Shown here: positions 18,248 through 27,801 of the stretch, in pieces | Layout: each line of letters starts with the position of its first letter | Numbering within the stretch: the stretch's first letter is position 1 | Source: Bacteroidota bacterium | Lineage (GTDB): Bacteria; Bacteroidota; Bacteroidia; Chitinophagales; JADIYW01 | Direction: 5' to 3' | Assembly (NCBI GenBank): GCA_963169645.1 | Contig: CAUJCO010000006.1 | Coordinates: forward strand, 70,096 to 134,095 | DNA: 64,000 nucleotides | Program-made: the position numbers and the translations under genes | Notes under the pieces: generated by a model | What the model saw: the letters and a program-made list of their open reading frames with translations, nothing else | Databases searched by the model: none | What the model was told of the DNA's origin: nothing

Positions 18248-20584
18248 TTATTCTTCTTTTTTAATTTTTTCTATTTGGGATGCAAAGTAAGCACTTTTTT
18301 CCGGAAATTTCAATAAAAGTGTGTTATAAATCTCTAAAGCCTTATCTGTTTTGCCTTGTTTTAGGTAAATTTTAGCTAACGTTTCGGTCATCATATCTTG
18401 TTTGAAAGAAACGGACTCGGTGGCAACTTTGCTTACTTCTTCATCTATTTCATTAAACAAGTCGATTTCGCCTTCCTCAAAATTAGGTTCAAAAATCTTG
18501 TTTTCTTCTTGTTGTATTGCTTGTTTATGAGCAATGGTTTGCTCTACTTCATATCTTGGAATTTCTATCCAATTTTCCGGAAAGTTAGTTTCTGCGGTTT
18601 GGATTTGTAAATTTCCATCTAATAGTTTTAACCACTCAATAAACGTATGCGGATTTTCTTTCTCTTCCTTTTTTAAATCTGCTACGGTTTTTAATGCATT
18701 TAGGTTGATGGTTTCAATATTGGGCAAATCTTCAACTATTGTTTCTTCTGTGTTGGGTGCAGTTTCTTCTGTTGTGGCTACAACATGAGATGCGGATATT
18801 TCATCTACAATAATTTCTTCTTTTTCGTTTGTGGATGTGATAATTTCTGGAGCAGTTTTCTCATTTTCCGTTTCAATAGTTGTTGTTTCAACTTGCTTGT
18901 TTATTATTTCTGGTTCAGGTTTTGTAAGTTCCGGAATTATTTCGGTTTGTTTTTCTTCAATTAGTGGAGCAACCGCTTCTTTCTTCGGTTCTTTTTCAAT
19001 CTCAATCAGTAAAGGTTTAGGAAAGTCAATTTCTTCGTGTGTATTGATATGAAAGTCTTCTACATCTATTTTCTTTTCAGAAATTGTATCGGTGACAACT
19101 ATATTTATTTCTTGTGCAGATGAAACAGTGTTAGCAATTGCTTCCAATTCTATGTTCGAAGTGCTTTCTTCTTTAGTGATGAGTTGTGGTGTTGGCACAT
19201 CTATCATACGTACTTCCGGATCAACAAATAAAATATCATTTTTAGAAACAACTATTGGAGTTTCATCTTCTATTTTTTCAGTTTCTTCAACAAGTTGATG
19301 AATGCGTTCCGATGCTTTTTCTATATCAGCAATTAAAACGATTTCCTCTGTTGTTTCCGTCTGAATGCTGTCAACGTGTTGCGGAATTTGTGGTATTTCT
19401 ACAGATGCTGTTTTTTCTGAATCATCCGAAGTTTGTGTCGTAGTATCAATTGTTTCTGCCTTTTCTTCTATAGTTTCTGCTAACTTTGCTTTTTCTCTTT
19501 CTTCTTTAATTTTTTGGATGCGTGCAATAATTTCGTCCTGAATAGAAAGTGGTTTTTCTGTTTCTGTTGTTACTTCTGTTTTTTCATGTTCTATGTCAGA
19601 TGTAATTGTTTCAATTGATTCAATAGTTTCATCTATTACAGGCTCATTGGTTTCAACAATTAGTTGTTCATTGGAATTAATCGTTGTTTCTTGTTCAGAA
19701 ATAACAACATCGTTTTCAGTAATTGTTGTTTCTTTCGTTGATTCGATAGCTTGCGTTTGAAGTTCAACGTTCGTTGTTTGTTCTATTGTTTCAATACTAT
19801 CCTGATGCGTAACTTCAATTTGTTTTTCAATTTGTAAGGTTGTATCTTCTTTTATAGGTTCAATGATTTCATCATCTACATTCTCTTTAATAGTTTTTTC
19901 AGAAAGGATGCTTGTTTCTTGAGCCGCTTTTCTTTCTCGTTCTTCTTTGAGTTGTTTTATTTCTAATAAAATTCTATCTGCGATAGAAAGTGGTTTATCT
20001 TCTTCCGCAAGAACCGTTTTTTCCGGAGCAAGTGTAGTTTCTTCTGTTATTGAATTGCTTGTAGATTCAGAAATAATAGTTGTGGTTGTTTCTTCTGGAG
20101 CAACGATGATTTCTGGTATGTCAGCTTCTTCGGTTGTTGTATTTATAGCAATAGTTTCAGTCGTAATATTTGAATGAATTGCATTGTTTGTATCTTCTGT
20201 TGTTGTGTTGTTGTCGGTTACTACTTCTGTTTTTTCTTCCTTTAAATTTGTGCTAACATCTAACATTGGCTCGTTCGTAGAAACGGCTGTTGTTAAAGGT
20301 GTTGATGTGTGTTCTAAAACATGCTCTTCATAAATGAAAATTGGAGTAGTTGTATCTGATGGGTGAGATTTTGTTTTTAATAGATGAAATAATTTTTCTC
20401 TATTATTAAAATAAAAGGCTGTTTTGTGTAATTCGGATTCGGTGTAATTACTTTTATTTTTTAATTTATAAAGATGAAAAATCGGAACATACGGATAAGT
20501 GTCTATCCAAGTTTGCAAGGTTTCTTCCGAAACATTTTTCAGCGAAATAGGATTCGATAATATGTCTTGCAATTCTTGATTCAT
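18248..20584 (-). CDS. Hyper-acidic E/T/I-rich low-complexity protein with conserved N- and C-terminal (TPR-like) ends
   Basis: 778 aa. The ends look ordered (N: TLQTWIDTYPYVPIFHLY; C: LAKIYLKQGKTDKALEIYNTLLLKFPEKSAYFASQIEKIKK). The middle ~550 aa are E/T/I/N-rich with an internal duplication. Tightly packed between lptE-like and secG. Confidence 0.6.
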   Translation of the reverse strand: MNQELQDILSNPISLKNVSEETLQTWIDTYPYVPIFHLYKLKNKSNYTESELHKTAFYFNNREKLFHLLKTKSHPSDTTTPIFIYEEHVLEHTSTPLTTAVSTNEPMLDVSTNLKEEKTEVVTDNNTTTEDTNNAIHSNITTETIAINTTTEEADIPEIIVAPEETTTTIISESTSNSITEETTLAPEKTVLAEEDKPLSIADRILLEIKQLKEERERKAAQETSILSEKTIKENVDDEIIEPIKEDTTLQIEKQIEVTHQDSIETIEQTTNVELQTQAIESTKETTITENDVVISEQETTINSNEQLIVETNEPVIDETIESIETITSDIEHEKTEVTTETEKPLSIQDEIIARIQKIKEEREKAKLAETIEEKAETIDTTTQTSDDSEKTASVEIPQIPQHVDSIQTETTEEIVLIADIEKASERIHQLVEETEKIEDETPIVVSKNDILFVDPEVRMIDVPTPQLITKEESTSNIELEAIANTVSSAQEINIVVTDTISEKKIDVEDFHINTHEEIDFPKPLLIEIEKEPKKEAVAPLIEEKQTEIIPELTKPEPEIINKQVETTTIETENEKTAPEIITSTNEKEEIIVDEISASHVVATTEETAPNTEETIVEDLPNIETINLNALKTVADLKKEEKENPHTFIEWLKLLDGNLQIQTAETNFPENWIEIPRYEVEQTIAHKQAIQQEENKIFEPNFEEGEIDLFNEIDEEVSKVATESVSFKQDMMTETLAKIYLKQGKTDKALEIYNTLLLKFPEKSAYFASQIEKIKKEE

Positions 20585-20585
20585 G

Positions 20586-21146
20586 CTACCAATTTCCGAA
20601 AATTTTATTAAAAATTTGTTGCGTTAATCTATCAAAGATAGTGTTATTTAAACCGGATTCAACAGAAGAAAACTGTGCATTTGCATCAAAATTTTCGCCA
20701 TCTCTAAAAGTTTGCGTAAAACTTTTTGTAGCTTCTTTGGTATTAATGCATTCAAATTTCACAGCGATATTTAATCTGTTTTGTGCCGTAGTTTCAGTGT
20801 TGGTTATAGAAACCGGTTCAATGTTGTATTCGATAATAGTTGCTGCAAATTGCAAATCACCATTATCTTGAGTGAGCACCATTCTGGTGTTGGATAAAAA
20901 TTTGTCTTTTACTTTATCTGTGAAATTTGGTGCTGCATTTGGATTTTGCAATGTAGCAATATTGATAGTTGGTGTTACATTGAACGTTTTTAAATTTGGG
21001 TCAATCGACGCGTCGGTGAAACGATAAATTTTGCATGAACCGGATGCAAACACTACGAAAGAAGCCAATAAAAATAGTACTGCACTGCGAAATGCGGTAA
21101 ATCCTTTTTTATTTATATAGACCCTATTTTTTTTAAGTACGTTCAT
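20586..21146 (-). CDS. LptE-like lipoprotein
   Basis: Lipobox-like FASGSC and ~185 aa. It sits between the sigma-54 activator and secG, as in many Bacteroidetes. The ATG at 21146 is preferred over the TTG at 21158. Confidence 0.5.
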   Translation of the reverse strand: MNVLKKNRVYINKKGFTAFRSAVLFLLASFVVFASGSCKIYRFTDASIDPNLKTFNVTPTINIATLQNPNAAPNFTDKVKDKFLSNTRMVLTQDNGDLQFAATIIEYNIEPVSITNTETTAQNRLNIAVKFECINTKEATKSFTQTFRDGENFDANAQFSSVESGLNNTIFDRLTQQIFNKIFGNW

Positions 21147-21169
21147 CGTTTTATGCAATTAAAATCCTG

Positions 21170-22408
21170 TTATTCTTCTAATTCGTATTCTTTTATTTTT
21201 CGGTATAATGTTCTTTCCGAAATCCCTAAATCTAATGCAGCATCTCTACGTTTTCCTTTGTGTTTTTCGAGTGCTTTAATGATTAAACTTTTTTCCATTT
21301 CTGTTAATGATAAACTTGATTCAATACTTTCTTCTTCATACGTCGGTTCATCATTTAGGATAATTGTAGGATTGGTAGAGTTGGTTTCGTACGTATTTAT
21401 TTTCTTATTTGGAAAAGTTGGAATCGGAGCGTGGTTTTCTAAATTTTTCACATCACTAAAATCAATTTTTGATGTATCGTAATTGCCGTTACTCATATTC
21501 CAAACAAATGCTTTCAATTCGTTTAAATCATTTTTGATATCAAAAATCATTTTGTATAGTATTTCTCGATCGCTATAGGTTGTATTATTTTCCGATGTAT
21601 TGGATAACATAGGCAAATTGGATGCATCTATATTTGGAATAAATTTGGCTAATTCTTCTTTACCTACAACTTTATCTTTTGCTAAAACAGAAACTTGTTC
21701 TGCTATATTTTTTAATTCGCGTACATTGCCCGGAAATCGATAGTTCATTAAAATTTCTTTGGCGTCTTCTGTTAGTTGCACCGGTTGCATTCTGTATTTC
21801 TCTGAAAAATCAGATGCAAATTTTCTGAATAAAATTACGATATCTTCTTTTCTGTCGCGAAGTGGTGGCACAAAAATAGGAACGGTGTTGAGTCGGTAAT
21901 ATAAATCTTCTCTAAATTTCCCTTGTTTGATAAGTTTGGGTAAATCTACGTTGGTTGCTGCCAAAACGCGCACATCTGTTTTTTGTACCACAGAAGAACC
22001 AACTTTTATAAACTCGCCATTTTCTAATAATCGTAATAATCGAGCTTGTGTTCCAATTGGCATTTCACCAATTTCATCTAAAAAAATAGTGCCACCATTT
22101 ACGGTTTCAAAATAACCTTTTCGTTTGTCGTGAGCACCTGTAAACGCACCTTTCTCATGTCCAAATAATTCCGAATCAATGGTGCCTTCCGGAATTGCAC
22201 CACAGTTTACGGATATAAAATGTTCGTGTTTTCTGCTGGAAATATTATGAATAATTTTAGAGAATACTTCTTTACCAACGCCACTTTCTCCGGTAATTAA
22301 AATAGATAAGTTAGTTGGTGCTACGCGCACAGCTACTTCCAATGCTCTGTTGAGCAAAGGCGAATTTCCTATAATTCCAAATCGTTGTTTTACTGATTGT
22401 AATTCCAT
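21170..22408 (-). CDS. Sigma-54-dependent transcriptional activator (AAA+ EBP + Fis-type HTH, no N-terminal sensory/receiver domain)
   Basis: Walker A GESGVGKE, GAFTGA loop (EKGAFTGA), and C-terminal HTH DAALDLGISERTLYRKIKEY. The AAA+ domain starts at about residue 10. Confidence 0.9.
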   Translation of the reverse strand: MELQSVKQRFGIIGNSPLLNRALEVAVRVAPTNLSILITGESGVGKEVFSKIIHNISSRKHEHFISVNCGAIPEGTIDSELFGHEKGAFTGAHDKRKGYFETVNGGTIFLDEIGEMPIGTQARLLRLLENGEFIKVGSSVVQKTDVRVLAATNVDLPKLIKQGKFREDLYYRLNTVPIFVPPLRDRKEDIVILFRKFASDFSEKYRMQPVQLTEDAKEILMNYRFPGNVRELKNIAEQVSVLAKDKVVGKEELAKFIPNIDASNLPMLSNTSENNTTYSDREILYKMIFDIKNDLNELKAFVWNMSNGNYDTSKIDFSDVKNLENHAPIPTFPNKKINTYETNSTNPTIILNDEPTYEEESIESSLSLTEMEKSLIIKALEKHKGKRRDAALDLGISERTLYRKIKEYELEE

Positions 22409-22423
22409 TTTTTTAATTTGATA

Positions 22424-22449
22424 ATTTGGAAATGTGCTATTTGGAAATG
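22424..22449. repeat. Direct 11-mer ATTTGGAAATG x2 (15-bp register) upstream of the sigma-54 activator
   Basis: Copies at 22424-22434 and 22439-22449, which is 16-41 nt upstream of the start codon at 22408. Confidence 0.75.
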
Positions 22450-22510
22450 ATTTTTTATTTAAATAAATGAATGTGTCTATTCTTGTTTTTTAAATCATCT
22501 AATTGTCCAA

Positions 22511-23968
22511 TTAAACCACTTTTCCTTTCAATGTTGCTTTGTTGGCACTCTCTATATAAACATTTACATAATCGCCAATTTTGTAATTTCCTTTTGGAAA
22601 GATTATCATCTTGTTTTGTGAATTACGACCGCAATATTCTTCTTCACTTTTTTTGGAAACTTTTTCAACCAATACTTCGTATGTTTTGCCAATATCTCTT
22701 AAATTACTTTCTAATGATAGTTGATATTGTTTGTCAACAATTTCGGCTAATCTTCTTTTTTTTATGTCTAATGGAACATCGTCAGCAAATTTTCTTGCAG
22801 CTAAAGTTCCCGGTCTTTCAGAGTAGAAGAACATATAGCTATAATCGTATTGGGCAAAATCCATCATGGATAAGGTATCCTGATGTTCTTCTTCTGTTTC
22901 ACCACAAAATCCGGCAATGATATCCGAAGAAATTCCACAATCCGGAATGATGCGTCGAATTGCTTCCACTCGATTCATGTACCATGCTCTATCGTATGTT
23001 CTGTTCATTCGTTCTAAACATGCCGAACTTCCAGATTGTACCGGCAAATGAATGTAACTGCAAATGTTGTTATATTTTGCAATGGTATGTAATACTTCAT
23101 CGGTAATATCTTTGGGATGTGATGTAGAAAAACGGACGCGTAAAAGAGGATTGACCAAGGCAACCATTTCTAATAATTGTGCAAAATTGACTAATACATT
23201 TGCTTCCTTATTTTCTGTGTCATCGGCTTTATTGGTGTCATCGCCGGTCCATCGGTATGAATCTACATTTTGTCCGAGCAAAGTAACTTCTCTGTAACCT
23301 TTGTTAAATAAATCCGTTGCTTCTGCTATAATAGTTTGCGGGTTTCTGCTCCGTTCTCTACCGCGTGTGAAAGGTACTACACAGAAAGAACACATATTGT
23401 TGCAACCGCGCATAATAGAAATAAAAGCTGTAATGCCGGTTGTATCTAATCGAACCGGAGCAATATCTGCATACGTTTCTTCACGAGATAAAAGTACGTT
23501 CACTGCTTTGTGTCCGGTTTCTGCTTCTTGTATTAAATCCGGTAAAGAGCGGTAGGCATCCGGACCAACTACTAAGTCTACTAATTTTTCTTCTTCTAAA
23601 AATTTAGATTTTAATCGTTCTGCCATACATCCTAAAACACCCACCAATAAAGTTGATTTTTGTTCTTTAATTTCATTGATAGAGCGTAACCGTTGACGAA
23701 CGGTTTGTTCCGCTTTTTCACGAATAGAGCAAGTATTTAAAAATACTAAATCAGCATCAAAAATATTGGTGGTTAAGCTGTAACCTTGTTTGCCTAAAAT
23801 GGAAGCAACAATTTCGCTGTCGCTAAAATTCATAGCACAACCATAGCTTTCAATATAGAAATGCTTGTTGTTTTTGTACGAACTTTCATTTAATTCTAGG
23901 TTTAAAGCTTCACCTTGACGAGATTCGTCATGTTTTTTTTGTTCGATGTAATCCAATAACTCGTTCAT
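22511..23968 (-). CDS. miaB: tRNA-i6A37 methylthiotransferase MiaB
   Basis: UPF0004 N-domain ([15 protein letters not shown]), radical-SAM CNNMCSFC and a TRAM C-terminus. The ATG at 23968 is preferred over the track's TTG at 23995. Confidence 0.9.
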   Translation of the reverse strand: MNELLDYIEQKKHDESRQGEALNLELNESSYKNNKHFYIESYGCAMNFSDSEIVASILGKQGYSLTTNIFDADLVFLNTCSIREKAEQTVRQRLRSINEIKEQKSTLLVGVLGCMAERLKSKFLEEEKLVDLVVGPDAYRSLPDLIQEAETGHKAVNVLLSREETYADIAPVRLDTTGITAFISIMRGCNNMCSFCVVPFTRGRERSRNPQTIIAEATDLFNKGYREVTLLGQNVDSYRWTGDDTNKADDTENKEANVLVNFAQLLEMVALVNPLLRVRFSTSHPKDITDEVLHTIAKYNNICSYIHLPVQSGSSACLERMNRTYDRAWYMNRVEAIRRIIPDCGISSDIIAGFCGETEEEHQDTLSMMDFAQYDYSYMFFYSERPGTLAARKFADDVPLDIKKRRLAEIVDKQYQLSLESNLRDIGKTYEVLVEKVSKKSEEEYCGRNSQNKMIIFPKGNYKIGDYVNVYIESANKATLKGKVV

Positions 23969-23983
23969 AATATAAAAAGGACA

Positions 23984-23991
23984 ACAAAGAT
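23984..23991 (-). promoter_or_regulatory. Candidate -7 promoter box (TATCTTTG on the minus strand) for miaB
   Basis: The + strand reads caaagata, i.e. TAnnTTTG on the minus strand, 16 nt upstream of the ATG at 23968. Confidence 0.3.
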
Positions 23992-24177
23992 ACAAAAAAT
24001 AAGCGGAAGTGACAAATTGGCAGTAGGTTATTTTGCTTAATAAAAGGAATTTTAATTAAGCCTTATCCAATTCCTTAAAATTCCTTAAAATTTTGTGTGT
24101 AGGAACTTCTTGTAATACTTTCCGGTTTATTTCGACGTATAAAATGTATCTAAATAGATAAATAAATAAGGAAAAAA

Positions 24178-24828
24178 TTGACAAGCTTTCTAATCATATT
24201 GGTAATGAGTATCATTGGTTTTTACATTGTAAAAAAATACAACCAACGATTGCCTAAGACAGTTGCTATTTCTCCAAATGTTACTGTTGATGATAATTTG
24301 AATGAACCAATTATTTCGTATTCTATTTATACCGTTGATCCGCAACTCAATCATCGTTATCTAAATTATACGCATCCCGATTTCCCGAATCATGTTGGAA
24401 TTTTAAAAAATCAATATCTTGAAATAGATTGGAATATTATTAATGCTGATTTGATTACAATAAGCGGTGTAGGCTTGGTGAAAGCAGTAGGTAGGAAAGC
24501 ATTTTATCCAACACAAAATACTAGCTATCTAATAACGGCAAAAAATGGTGCTTCGGAAATTCAAGAAACCATATTTGTACGCATTTTTCCTCAATCATTT
24601 GCTGATAAGTTGCTGATTGAAAAACCAACCATTCAGTTTTCATATCATCAAACTATAACGCCACCAACGGTACCTGCTCATTCTTATTTTAAAATAGAAA
24701 AGCCTGTTTTCAATTCATCTAAACCGGACTTAATACCATTAAATGAAGTATTGAAACACAAAATAAAAATCAAAACTTTTTCTCAAAAAATACGCGATTA
24801 TATTTTTAACCAATCAACTAATAAATAA
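24178..24828 (+). CDS. Hypothetical single-pass membrane protein with an Ig-like beta domain
   Basis: 216 aa with N-terminal TM FLIILVMSIIGFYIV, then LEIDWNIINADLITISGVGLVKAVGRKAFYPTQNTSYLITAKNGASEIQETIFVRI, which looks like a beta-sandwich. TTG start; an alternative ATG is at 24202. Confidence 0.5.
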   Translation: MTSFLIILVMSIIGFYIVKKYNQRLPKTVAISPNVTVDDNLNEPIISYSIYTVDPQLNHRYLNYTHPDFPNHVGILKNQYLEIDWNIINADLITISGVGLVKAVGRKAFYPTQNTSYLITAKNGASEIQETIFVRIFPQSFADKLLIEKPTIQFSYHQTITPPTVPAHSYFKIEKPVFNSSKPDLIPLNEVLKHKIKIKTFSQKIRDYIFNQSTNK

Positions 24829-24834
24829 AATCAA

Positions 24835-26013
24835 ATGGAAACATTTAAAAATAATACGAGTTATCCCATTCGCAATGTGAGCGGATTTACCCGATTTTTT
24901 TGGTGGTGTTCCGGTGCAAATCAAGATATATTAATGGATTGCACACAATCGGAACATAATAAATATGTTGGTATTGGTGCTACCGTATTTTTTACCGGCT
25001 TGCTGGCTACTTTATCCGGTGGTTATGCATTATTCAGTGTATTTAAAAGTGTTTATCCGGCTATTGCATTCGGCATTATTTGGGGTTTGGTAATTTTTAA
25101 TTTAGATAGATTTATCGTATCAACATTGAGAAAAGATGAGTTGTTTTGGAACGAGTTTAAGTTGGTGTTACCACGATTGATTTTAGCAGTTATTTTAGCC
25201 ATCGTTATTTCCAAACCATTAGAATTGAAAATTTTTGAAAAAGAGATAGCACAAAAAATAGAAGAACAACAACGCGAATTTGCGATAACTGCTCAACGCA
25301 AAATGGAACAACAATTCAATCCGATAATGGATAGTTTACGCGGAGAAATTGATGCGTATAAAAATGAAATCGCTAAAATATCTACTGCACGTGATTCACT
25401 TTATACTGCATTTATAGGTGAGGCAGAAGGAACACGCGGCACCAATAAGTTAGGTAAAGGTCCGGTTTATAAAGAGAAGAAACAGCAATATGACAAGATT
25501 GAAATGGAGATGAAAGCGTTGCAAGAAAAATATCAACCATTAATTGACGAAAGAGAAAAACAAATATTAACCGCCAAAGCTCAACGCGATACTGCTGTTG
25601 CCAAAGCACAGCCCGGCATACAAAATTATGATGGCTTAATGGCACGATTAGATGGCTTGAGTAAGTTGCCACAAACGCCCAGTTTATTTATAATGCTCTT
25701 GTTTATTTGTATTGAAACAGCACCCGTTTTGTCTAAATTATTTTCTGCAAAAGGGCCATATGATGAGAAGCTAAAAAACATGGAACACGAAATAGAATTA
25801 AGCACTATTGAGAATATTAATTATAGAAATCACGAACTCAATAAAAAATTGACACTTTCAACGAATATTGATAAAGCACAAATAGAGCAAGAAATACAAA
25901 CCCATAATGAATCGTTAAAAGTGATTGCGGATGCACATTTGGAATTAACCAAAGAAATGGTGCAGGATTGGTTGGAAAATGAAAAAGCAAAATTAAAGAA
26001 AGATAACGTGTAA
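24835..26013 (+). CDS. DUF4407-like membrane protein (4 TM + long coiled coils)
   Basis: 392 aa. FFWWCSGANQDILMDCTQSEHNKYVGIGATVFFTGLLATLSGGYAL matches my recollection of the DUF4407 N-terminus. Three TM segments, a ~150-aa coiled coil, a fourth TM and a second coiled coil. It starts 7 nt after the previous ORF. Confidence 0.6.
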   Translation: METFKNNTSYPIRNVSGFTRFFWWCSGANQDILMDCTQSEHNKYVGIGATVFFTGLLATLSGGYALFSVFKSVYPAIAFGIIWGLVIFNLDRFIVSTLRKDELFWNEFKLVLPRLILAVILAIVISKPLELKIFEKEIAQKIEEQQREFAITAQRKMEQQFNPIMDSLRGEIDAYKNEIAKISTARDSLYTAFIGEAEGTRGTNKLGKGPVYKEKKQQYDKIEMEMKALQEKYQPLIDEREKQILTAKAQRDTAVAKAQPGIQNYDGLMARLDGLSKLPQTPSLFIMLLFICIETAPVLSKLFSAKGPYDEKLKNMEHEIELSTIENINYRNHELNKKLTLSTNIDKAQIEQEIQTHNESLKVIADAHLELTKEMVQDWLENEKAKLKKDNV

Positions 26014-26020
26014 ATGCTAC

Positions 26021-26087
26021 ATGTCATTCTCGTGGAATCGAATTTTAATTTTTTAAGTTGAAATTTCTACATTCAAGGGAATGACAT
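26021..26087. repeat. Imperfect palindromic intergenic element (REP-like), between convergent genes
   Basis: The outer arms ATGTCATTC (26021-26029) and GAATGACAT (26079-26087) pair perfectly, and the inner arms pair imperfectly. The left arm is related to the unit at 34458-34497. Confidence 0.7.
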
Positions 26088-27788
26088 TTAATCAGCTTTT
26101 AGTTCCATTTCTTTGTTTTCGACTATTTTTACATTCTTCACCGGCAAACCTGCAACATATTTTTCATATTGTTTTTTATCGCGAATAATGTCGTATTTGG
26201 AACGTGGTTGCTTGTCGCCATACCATTTAAATCCGTCTAAACGGAAACTACTTACATTGATTTTTTTCATCGGCGTAAATTCGGCATCCGGCATTCCGGT
26301 AAGTTTTATTCTGTTTACGTCACCATCTTTAAAACTTACCGTAATAAAGGCTGAGGTTGATTTATTGGCTCCATTGTATGCATCTTTTTCTTTAATAAAA
26401 TAGATGCTTTCAGCATTGCCATCTACTTCTACTTTATCTATTTTTTTATTTTCAATAAATGCTTCCATCCATTTTCCTTTTGTTTGATTATACACATCCG
26501 GATCTTGTAAGTTTATGATAAATGCATTGTGGTAAATAGCTATTTTATAAATGGAATTATTTCTGTTGAATAAATAGATGGAATCGCCCGTAATTTGTGT
26601 GGAATCCATCCAAAGGATAGGAGTGTAATACATCTTAAAAATCGAATCTTTTTCGGAATAAAACATCGAATCAGCCACGGCACTCATCTCACCTTGTATT
26701 AATTTCATGTGTCGCCATGCCTGCGTGATTTTTATAGAGTCATTACTAGAAATGGAATCATTTAGCGATAAAGAATCCGTAGCAGCAATTTTATAATTCA
26801 ACAACGTATCTGCACTTAAATACAGGGTGTCTTTCATATCTTCCGAAACAGATATCATCAATGGATCTTTGTACGCAAGCATGTATGATTTATTCTCATC
26901 CGAATAAATATAATTACTCAAAATAGTTGTGCGTTCCGAGCTATCTTGCAACACTACATTGTTTTTAGCAATGGCAATTTTTGTTTTGTTATCGTAATCG
27001 ATTGTTTCGGCTTTTACAGATGCATCCCCTTTTTTTATCTCTGTATTATTGCCAAAAAATGCTTTTTCATTTTTAGTATCATAGTAGCCGCTATTGGTAA
27101 CAATGATGTTGCTGTCTTTGTCGATTATTGTTGTTTTAGTAATAAAATAGGCAATTTCATTTTCGGTATTATATCGCATAGAATCAGCATAAATAGTGCG
27201 TTCTTTATCTTTTAAAACCACATCGCCATAAAACAACGCTGTGTTTTGTTGGTGATAATAATAACCTATTGCACTGGTAATGATGGTTTCTTTGTTGACG
27301 ATGCGTCCGCCACTCATGTATGAACCAACATCCGTTTCAGTGTTGTAATTTAATTCCGGTGAAGTCAAAATCATGGTTTTGTCGCGCATGGAACACATGC
27401 CGGTAAGTCGCCCTAATTTTTGGTCGCCAAAGTATTCCAAGAAATTGCCCCAAACATCAATACTATCACCTTTTTGTATATGTACTTGTTTGCCATAAGC
27501 AGTTAAATAATTGGCTTCAATATCAATAATTGCACTATCACAAAACATCTTTGCATTTTCATGTCGGAGTTGTACATGGCCAATTAATTTTCGATAACTG
27601 CCTAATTCTAATGTTTGAAACGTAAGTGAATCTGTCTTTAAAATTTCAATTTTTTTCTTTGCACTCGTATCTTTTGGAATAGGCGGAAAATAAAGCGATT
27701 TCTGTGCTATTAAATTCGAATAATTACATAGTGCGAAAGCCAATAATAATATTGGCAGCAATGAACTATATTTTGTAAATTTTCTCAC
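26088..27788 (-). CDS. OstA/LptA-like beta-jellyroll repeat protein, secreted
   Basis: 566 aa with a signal peptide and repeated OstA_N-like strands (AYGKQVHIQKGDSIDVWGNFLEYF..., ALFYGDVVLKDKERTIYADSMRYN...). GTG start. Confidence 0.5.
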   Translation of the reverse strand: MRKFTKYSSLLPILLLAFALCNYSNLIAQKSLYFPPIPKDTSAKKKIEILKTDSLTFQTLELGSYRKLIGHVQLRHENAKMFCDSAIIDIEANYLTAYGKQVHIQKGDSIDVWGNFLEYFGDQKLGRLTGMCSMRDKTMILTSPELNYNTETDVGSYMSGGRIVNKETIITSAIGYYYHQQNTALFYGDVVLKDKERTIYADSMRYNTENEIAYFITKTTIIDKDSNIIVTNSGYYDTKNEKAFFGNNTEIKKGDASVKAETIDYDNKTKIAIAKNNVVLQDSSERTTILSNYIYSDENKSYMLAYKDPLMISVSEDMKDTLYLSADTLLNYKIAATDSLSLNDSISSNDSIKITQAWRHMKLIQGEMSAVADSMFYSEKDSIFKMYYTPILWMDSTQITGDSIYLFNRNNSIYKIAIYHNAFIINLQDPDVYNQTKGKWMEAFIENKKIDKVEVDGNAESIYFIKEKDAYNGANKSTSAFITVSFKDGDVNRIKLTGMPDAEFTPMKKINVSSFRLDGFKWYGDKQPRSKYDIIRDKKQYEKYVAGLPVKNVKIVENKEMELKAD

Positions 27789-27801
27789 GTTTAAAATAAA
27801 A

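Noticed and set aside
22409-22510. Sigma-54 promoter (TGGCAC-N5-TTGC) near the ATTTGGAAATG repeats
   Set aside because: TTGGAAATGTGCTATTTGG is on the wrong strand for the activator gene and does not fit the -24/-12 GG/GC spacing.
22471-22920. 149-aa + strand ORF antisense to miaB, and similar antisense ORFs (e.g. 12303-12695, 28427-28963, 36841-37239, 52989-53405, 59019-59489)
   Set aside because: All lie fully inside longer, motif-supported genes on the opposite strand and have odd, Cys/Phe/Leu-rich composition. They are shadow ORFs.
23969-23995. Longer N-terminal extensions from TTG/GTG starts in the ORF track (miaB 23995, rsmD 35125, GT-C 38919, DinB 60877, LptE-like 21158, EEP 41111, secreted protein 59953)
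   Set aside because: In each case a downstream ATG gives an N-terminus matching the family pattern or a proper signal peptide. The extensions add hydrophobic or odd residues with no support.
24071-24090. Tandem 10-mer TTCCTTAAAA x2 upstream of the DUF4407 module; also CAATTTTTTT x2 at 45641-45660
   Set aside because: Only two copies each, AT-rich, with no further structure. Likely slippage or chance.
24046-26050. Direct repeat GAATTTTAATT flanking the two-gene module (24047-24057 and 26040-26050), considered as a target-site duplication
   Set aside because: An 11-mer made almost entirely of A/T is not improbable by chance in this composition, and no transposase or terminal inverted repeats accompany it.
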